A stretch of 64,000 nucleotides of DNA from Macrostomum lignano. Lineage: Eukaryota. Below are positions 58,645 through 64,000 of this stretch, in pieces. A program made the translations under genes and the position numbers. Below the pieces are notes generated by a model that was not told where the DNA came from, ran no database searches, and saw only the letters and a list, made by a program, of their open reading frames with translations. Every line of letters begins with the position of its first letter. Positions within the stretch are counted from its first letter, which is position 1. The stretch is from contig NIVC01002635.1 of assembly GCA_002269645.1 (NCBI GenBank), forward strand, positions 90,264 through 154,263, written 5' to 3'.

Positions 58645-61141
58645 GGGGGAGCCGCCGAAAGCAGCGGAGCTGTTGGGGGAGCGGCGGAAAGCAGCGGAGC
58701 TGTTGGGGGAGCGGCGGAAAGCAGCGGAGCTGTTGGGAGAAGCGGCGGAAAGCAGCGGAGCTGTTGGGGGGAGCGGCGGAAAGCAGCGGAGCTGTTGGGG
58801 GAGCGGCGGAAAGCAGCGGAGCTGTTGGGGGAGCGGCGGAAAGCAGCGGAGCTGTTGGGGAGCGGCGGAAAGAAGCGGAGCTATTGGTGGAAGTGGCGGA
58901 AAGCAGCGGAGCTGTTGGGGAGCGGCGGAAAGCAGCGGAGCTGTTGGGGGAGCGGCGGAAAGCAGCGGAGCTGTTGGGGGGGAGCGGCGGAAAGCAGCGG
59001 AGCTGTTGGGAGCGGCGGCGGAAAGCAGCGGAGCTGTTGGGGGAGCGGCGGAAAGCAGCGGAGCTGTTGGGGGGAGCGGCGGAAAGCAGCGGAGCTGTTG
59101 GGGGGAGCGGCGGAAAGCAGCGGAGCTGTTGGGGAGCGGCGGAAAGCAGCGGAGCTGTTGGGGGAGCGGCGGAAAGCAGCGGAGCTGTTGGGGGAGCGGC
59201 GGAAAGAAGCGGAGCTATTGGTGGAAGCGGAAAGCAGCGGAGCTGTTGGGGGAGCGGCGGAAAGCAGCGGAGCTGTTGGGGGAGCGGCGGAAAGCAGCGG
59301 AGCTGTTGGGGAGCGGCGGAAAGCAGCGGAGCTGTGGGGAGCGGCGGAAAGCAGCGGAGCTGTTGGGGAGCGGCGGAAAGCAGCGGAGCTGTTGGGGGAG
59401 CGGCGGAAAGCAGCGGAGCTGTTGGGGGGGGAGCGGCGGAAAGCAGCGGAGCTGTTGGGGGAGCGGCGGAAAGCAGCGGAGCTGTTGGGGGAGCGGCGGA
59501 AAGCAGCGGAGCTGTTGGGGGGAGCGGCGGAAAGCAGCGGAGCTGTTGGGGGAGCGGCGGAAAGAAGCGGAGCTATTGGTGGAAGTGGCGGAAAGCAGCG
59601 GAGCTGTTGGGGAGCGGCGGAAAGCAGCGGAGCTGTTGGGGGAGCGGCGGAAAGCAGCGGAGCTGTTGGGGGAGCGGCGGAAAGCAGCGGAGCTTTGGGG
59701 AGCGGCGGAAAGCAGCGGAGCTGTTGGGGAGCGGCGGAAAGCAGCGGAGCTGTTGGGGAGCGGCGGAAAGCAGCGGAGCTGTTGGGGGGGAGCGGCGGAA
59801 AGCAGCGGAGCTGTTGGGGGAGCGGCGGAAAGCAGCGGAGCTGTTGGGGAGCGGCGGAAAGCAGCGGAGCTGTTGGGGGAGCGGCGGAAAGCAGCGGAGC
59901 TGTTGGGGGAGCGGCGGAAAGCAGCGGAGCTGTTGGGGGGAGCGGCGGAAAGCAGCGGAGCTGTTGGGGGGAGCGGCGGAAAGCAGCGGAGCTGTTGGGG
60001 AGCGGCGGAAAGCAGCGGAGCTGTTGGGGGAGCGGCGCGAAAGCAGCGAGCTGTTGGGGGGAGCGGCGGAAAGCAGCGGAGCTGGGGGGAGCGCGGAAAG
60101 CAGCGGAGCTGGGGGGGAGCGGCCGGAAAGCAGCGGAGCTGTTGGGGGGGAGCGGCGGAAAGCAGCGGAGCTGTTGGGGGAGCGGCGGAAAGAAGCGGAG
60201 CTATTGGTGGAGTGGCGCGAAAGCAGCGGAGCTGTTGGGGAGCGGCGGAAAGCAGCGGAGCTGTTGGGGAGCGGCGGAAAGCAGCGGAGCTGTTGGGGGG
60301 GAGCGGCGGAAAGCAGCGGAGCTGTTGGGGAGCGGCGGAAAGCAGCGGAGCTGTTGGGGGAGCGGCGGAAAGCAGCGGAGCTGTTGGGGGGAGCGGCGGA
60401 AAGCAGCGGAGCTGTTGGGGGAGCGGCGGAAAGCAGCGGAGCTGTTGGGGGAGCGGCGGAAAGCAGCGGAGCTGTTGGGGGGAGCGGCGGAAAGCAGCGG
60501 AGCTGTTGGGGAGCGGCGGAAAGAAGCGGAGCTATTGGTGGAAGTGGCGGAAAGCAGCGGAGCTGTTGGGGAGCGGCGGAAAGCAGCGGAGCTGTTGGGG
60601 GAGCGGCGGAAAGCAGCGGAGCTGTTGGGGGAGCGGCGGAAAGCAGCGGAGCTGTTGGGGAGCGGCGGAAAGCAGCGGAGCTGTTGGGGAGCGGCGGAAA
60701 GCAGCGGAGCTGTTGGGGGAGCGGCGGAAAGCAGCGGAGCTGTTGGGGGGGAGCGGCGGAAAGCAGCGGAGCTGTTGGGGGAGCGGCGGAAAGCAGCGGA
60801 GCTGTTGGGGGAGCGGCGGAAAGCAGCGGAGCTGTTGGGGGAGCGGCGGAAAGCAGCGGAGCTGTTGGGGGGGAGCGGCGGAAAGCAGCGGAGCTGTTGG
60901 GGAGCGGCGGAAAGCAGCGGAGCTGTTGGGGGGGAGCGGCGGAAAGCAGCGGAGCTGTTGGGGGAGCGGCGGAAAGCAGCGGAGCTGTTGGGGAGCGGCG
61001 GAAAGCAGCGGAGCTGTTGGGGGGAGCGGCGGAAAGCAGCGGAGCTGTTGGGGGAGCGGCGGAAAGCAGCGGAGCTGTTGGGGAAGCGGCGGAAAGCAGC
61101 GGAGCTGTTGGGGGGAGCGGCGGAAAGCAGCGGAGCTGTTG
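58645..61141. repeat. G-rich ~30-bp satellite (variable G-run), about 83 units
   Basis: GCGGCGGAAAGCAGCGGAGCTGTTGGGG(G)nA; the unit lacks stops, which explains the three 800+ aa ORFs. Confidence 0.97.
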
Positions 61142-61582
61142 GTTTGATAACAGCTGACAGGCTTATTTGCATAGAGCGATGCTATGAGAATGAATTCAGT
61201 CAGTCAGTTTAAGGCAGAATGCTGGCTCTCTGCCTCTGCCTACCCTTCAACTGAATCGAGTGAACTCGCAGTGCCTGGAGTGCCCGAAGTTGGTTCTACA
61301 TGTACGTATGCATATTGTTTTGGCAAACTGGATTACAAAAAGGTACGGCTCATTTATTACAGTGTACTACATGTATTTGAGTGGCGAATTGGTGACGGTT
61401 TAAATGTTACTAGGGCTACGTGTGTGACCCGGCCGGTGCTCTACTACCTTGAATTCATGCCCGTAAGGCTCAGCTCCGATCATTTACTAATTATTTAATG
61501 TCGCGAGAGGGGACTCTCAGTCCCCAACATCCTGCATGGTATTTAGGGGCCTAGGTCTTGTCCTTGGGGCCTTCGACAAGTG

Positions 61583-61687
61583 ACTGCCGCAATTTGACTG
61601 GGGACTATGAACTCTAAACATTGGCACCTCAAGATTAGAGCGGCGGCACTCGAACCAAAATAATGTTGAAGGACTACAGAATACATG
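61583..61687 (+). repeat. Left arm of a 105-bp inverted repeat
   Basis: Reverse complement of 63360-63464 (ACTGCCGCAATTTGACTGGGGACTATG...CTACAGAATACATG). Confidence 0.92.
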
Positions 61688-61844
61688 CTGTATATATAGC
61701 TACGTACATGTAACGCATCTTACACTCAATGTATCAATGTTACATGTAGAGTATCTAATACCATGCTAAAAGAGCACGTAACTTCTGAATGTACAGTGTA
61801 CATATAGCAGGCTTGAGGGCATTAAATATATTCTTCCATCTATA

Positions 61845-62511
61845 CCGAGGGTCATCTCAAAAGTTTCATTAAACACTTATTAATTTTCAACAAACGAGTT
61901 TCAGAACAGTGAACAGCTCAAAAACCTTCAAAATAACTTCGTTGGTTTGAATCATGCGCTACCAGCAGCCAGGCAACTTGTGGACGCTGTCAGCAGCGCC
62001 AGATTCGCACAGGTCTTTTGCAATGCGGCCGATCTCGCTGCCTGGATGCTGGTTCCCTTGAATACCCTTGAAGCTGGTTCTTAAGCTTTGGGAAAGGCTG
62101 AAATCGCAGGGACTGAGGTCTAGGGAGTGAGTAGGATGAGGCAGCACCTCCCACTGATAGTCCCGCAGTAGGTCCTGCACAATGCGGGCTGTGTGCGAAC
62201 TGGCATTGTCGTGCGGAAGGAGTGGACCAAGTTCCAGGGTCTGGCCGCTTTTTGCGCAAGGCAGGCCGAAGATGGTGGGTGGGGAAGCTCCGATAAAACT
62301 TTTGGTTGATGTTTTGGCCCTCAGAAATGCGGTGGATGAGAATAATGCCAAAACTGTCGTAGCATGCAATGATCATCAGTTTGTCGGCTCCCTTGGCGCG
62401 CCGCAGAACTGATGGTCTCAGTGGCTGGGCAGAATTTTTCGACTGCCACTCGGAATTCTGGCTCTTGAGGTTGGGCTAAATGAGCTAGCTTCGCTCTGTT
62501 CTATGATCTCG
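61845..62511 (-). mobile_element. Internally deleted mariner-like DNA transposon (transposase pseudogene)
   Basis: SQNSEW...KLMIIACYDSFGII...FYRSF...LRPALRKKRP / LLPHDNASSHT...WEVLPHPTHSLDLSPCDF are mariner DD34D-type motifs; TA|CCGAGGGTCATCTCAAAAGTT terminus at 61843. Confidence 0.88.
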
Positions 62512-62654
62512 TATACATGTAGCTGCATGGCAGCTTTCAAACATTTCGTAAAAGGTGCCCCAGTTCTAACTTACGTCATATTCAACTTAAGAATATCATA
62601 CCTGACCCGACCAGTCTTATACAAGTTTCTCGTAAAAGTTGCCAATGCCCTATA

Positions 62655-63045
62655 CCCTGGAAGACATTGACTTGTTGATTCTTAGCAGATCTTGTCTATC
62701 TTCCTGGGTTGCTGCGCAAGTACTTGCAAGAACGTGCAAGATCTTCGCTATAATAATACTTAGGTAAACCTAGATCTGGGCGACTTGCTACATCGTACAA
62801 GAGCTTAGCTTTTATATCCTTTTATAGCTTCGAATCGCATATTTTCTTAAATTTATTGTTCCTTTTTGTCATAAAATAAATATACATGTAGTTCAGCTAG
62901 AACACTTTAGCCCAAATGAATTACAAAGCAAATGTACCTCCCATCTTAGAAGATCCTGCAAGAACCCGAGCAGATTGAGAAGATCTGCTAAGAATGGCAC
63001 AGAGACAAGATCTGCTAAGTTTGAGAAACAGAATGTCCTCTAGGG
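62655..63045. mobile_element. ~390-bp MITE with TA-flanked TIRs and subterminal inverted repeats
   Basis: TA|CCCTGGAAGACATT...AATGTCCTCTAGGG|TA; internal CTTAGCAGATCTTGTCT vs AGACAAGATCTGCTAAG. Confidence 0.75.
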
Positions 63046-63359
63046 TATCCCCTTAACTTCCCCTACTATTTTCTGTCTCCTCTCTGCTCTCACATATTTC
63101 TACTCTACTCCTAACAGGATCATATTTAGATGTATACATGTATAGCTAAAGCAGCAACTCGGTCCTCAGAAGCATCCCCTCATCATTCCCCTCTGAGGGA
63201 TATCAACAAGCTGGATTCGGATTTCAACATTAGGAATCAGGGATATAAGGGAATTAACAATCGGGGATTGAGATTTAGAAATGAAAATGAAAATGAAAAT
63301 TGGGGATTGAGATTAAAAAAATATCTAAATGAACTAGCTTCTCTCTATTTTATGATATA

Positions 63360-63464
63360 CATGTATTCTGTAGTCCTTCAACATTATTTTGGTTCGAGTG
63401 CCGCCGCTCTAATCTTGAGGTGCCAATGTTTAGAGTTCATAGTCCCCAGTCAAATTGCGGCAGT
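63360..63464 (-). repeat. Right arm of the 105-bp inverted repeat
   Basis: Reverse complement of 61583-61687. Confidence 0.92.
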
Positions 63465-63473
63465 TTACGTCTT

Positions 63474-64000
63474 GCACAAATCACGTAGTCACTAAGTAAA
63501 GCAACTTAGAAGTTTAGTCAGCTCAAGGCCTCTGGCTTTTACGCCGTGTGTATTTCTCGCACGTTAGCGTCTAACTTAGCGAACTGTCTCTCTTTTAATC
63601 CAGCTCAACTTCAGCTCGCAGGCTTGCCCATAGACATAGTTCGTACTAAAAGGCGGCATACATATCATTCCTCCTTTTCTTTAAAAAAAATTGTTCAGTC
63701 AAAACAGTTCAGTTCAGTTAATTCGCAACAAAAAAATCCGGTTTCTTCAGTTTTGACCGGTCACGCAAAACACGTTGGTTCGGATGCTGTTTCACATCTT
63801 GGCCGTCCTTTGGCTTGATATCGAAGCTTGATGACGCGGCTAACTTTCGAGTTTTGTCTATGGCCGCGAAGACTTGCCAGTCTGACCATGATGCTCTAGA
63901 TTTGGTCCCGTCGATTTCAGCTTCCTCTTTTGCATCCTTTTTCAACTTGTAGCTATTCTTGGCATTGTGTGCTTGCGTTAGTTCTGTGTCGAAATCACAC
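63474..64000 (-). mobile_element. Probable 3' end of an LTR retrotransposon (pol tail, PPT, ~190-bp LTR)
   Basis: An open minus frame enters from the right edge and ends ...QRVLRDRSKLKKPDFFVAN*, like a Gypsy integrase tail. It is followed by the purine tract AAAGAAAAGGAGGAA (63682-63668), then TG (63667), and a possible ...GTGCA end at 63474. Confidence 0.55.

Noticed and set aside
58564-61212. Three 835-882 aa plus-strand ORFs and a 323-aa minus ORF
   Set aside because: Stop-free satellite; variable G-runs shift frame constantly, which is incompatible with coding constraint.
63392-63403. Pol III B-box-like GGTTCGAGTGCC (tRNA/SINE)
   Set aside because: No A-box or cloverleaf around it.

Overview
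Eukaryotic (metazoan-like) genomic DNA, not prokaryotic. Evidence: GT-AG introns, GC/CpG-rich exons, AT-rich spacers, and roughly 45% tandem repeats (summed by eye), including one ~17.2 kb array of a 69-bp unit. The overall style resembles a repeat-rich invertebrate such as the flatworm Macrostomum, but this is inference only. Recognisable genes: (1) a large single-exon ORF encoding a split vWA domain, a papain-like C1 protease and a C4 Zn-ribbon (25.5-27.9 kb), set among three vWA gene remnants and two orphan membrane/coiled-coil genes; (2) a spliced, divergent SUPT3H/Spt3-like gene with a decayed partial duplicate; (3) a compact TAF4-like gene. Mobile elements: the 5' end of a Mag-type Gypsy LTR element (left edge), the probable 3' end of another LTR element (right edge), a decayed non-LTR RT, a mariner remnant and a MITE. 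Most notable observations: the vWA-protease birth-and-death cluster, a tandemly amplified RFX X-box array, tandem arrays that multiply 5' splice donors, a candidate 25-nt intron, and a CpG-free AT-rich block. Most long ORFs in the supplied track are artefacts of stop-free repeats or antisense shadows. All domain calls come from reading motifs by eye; no searches were run.
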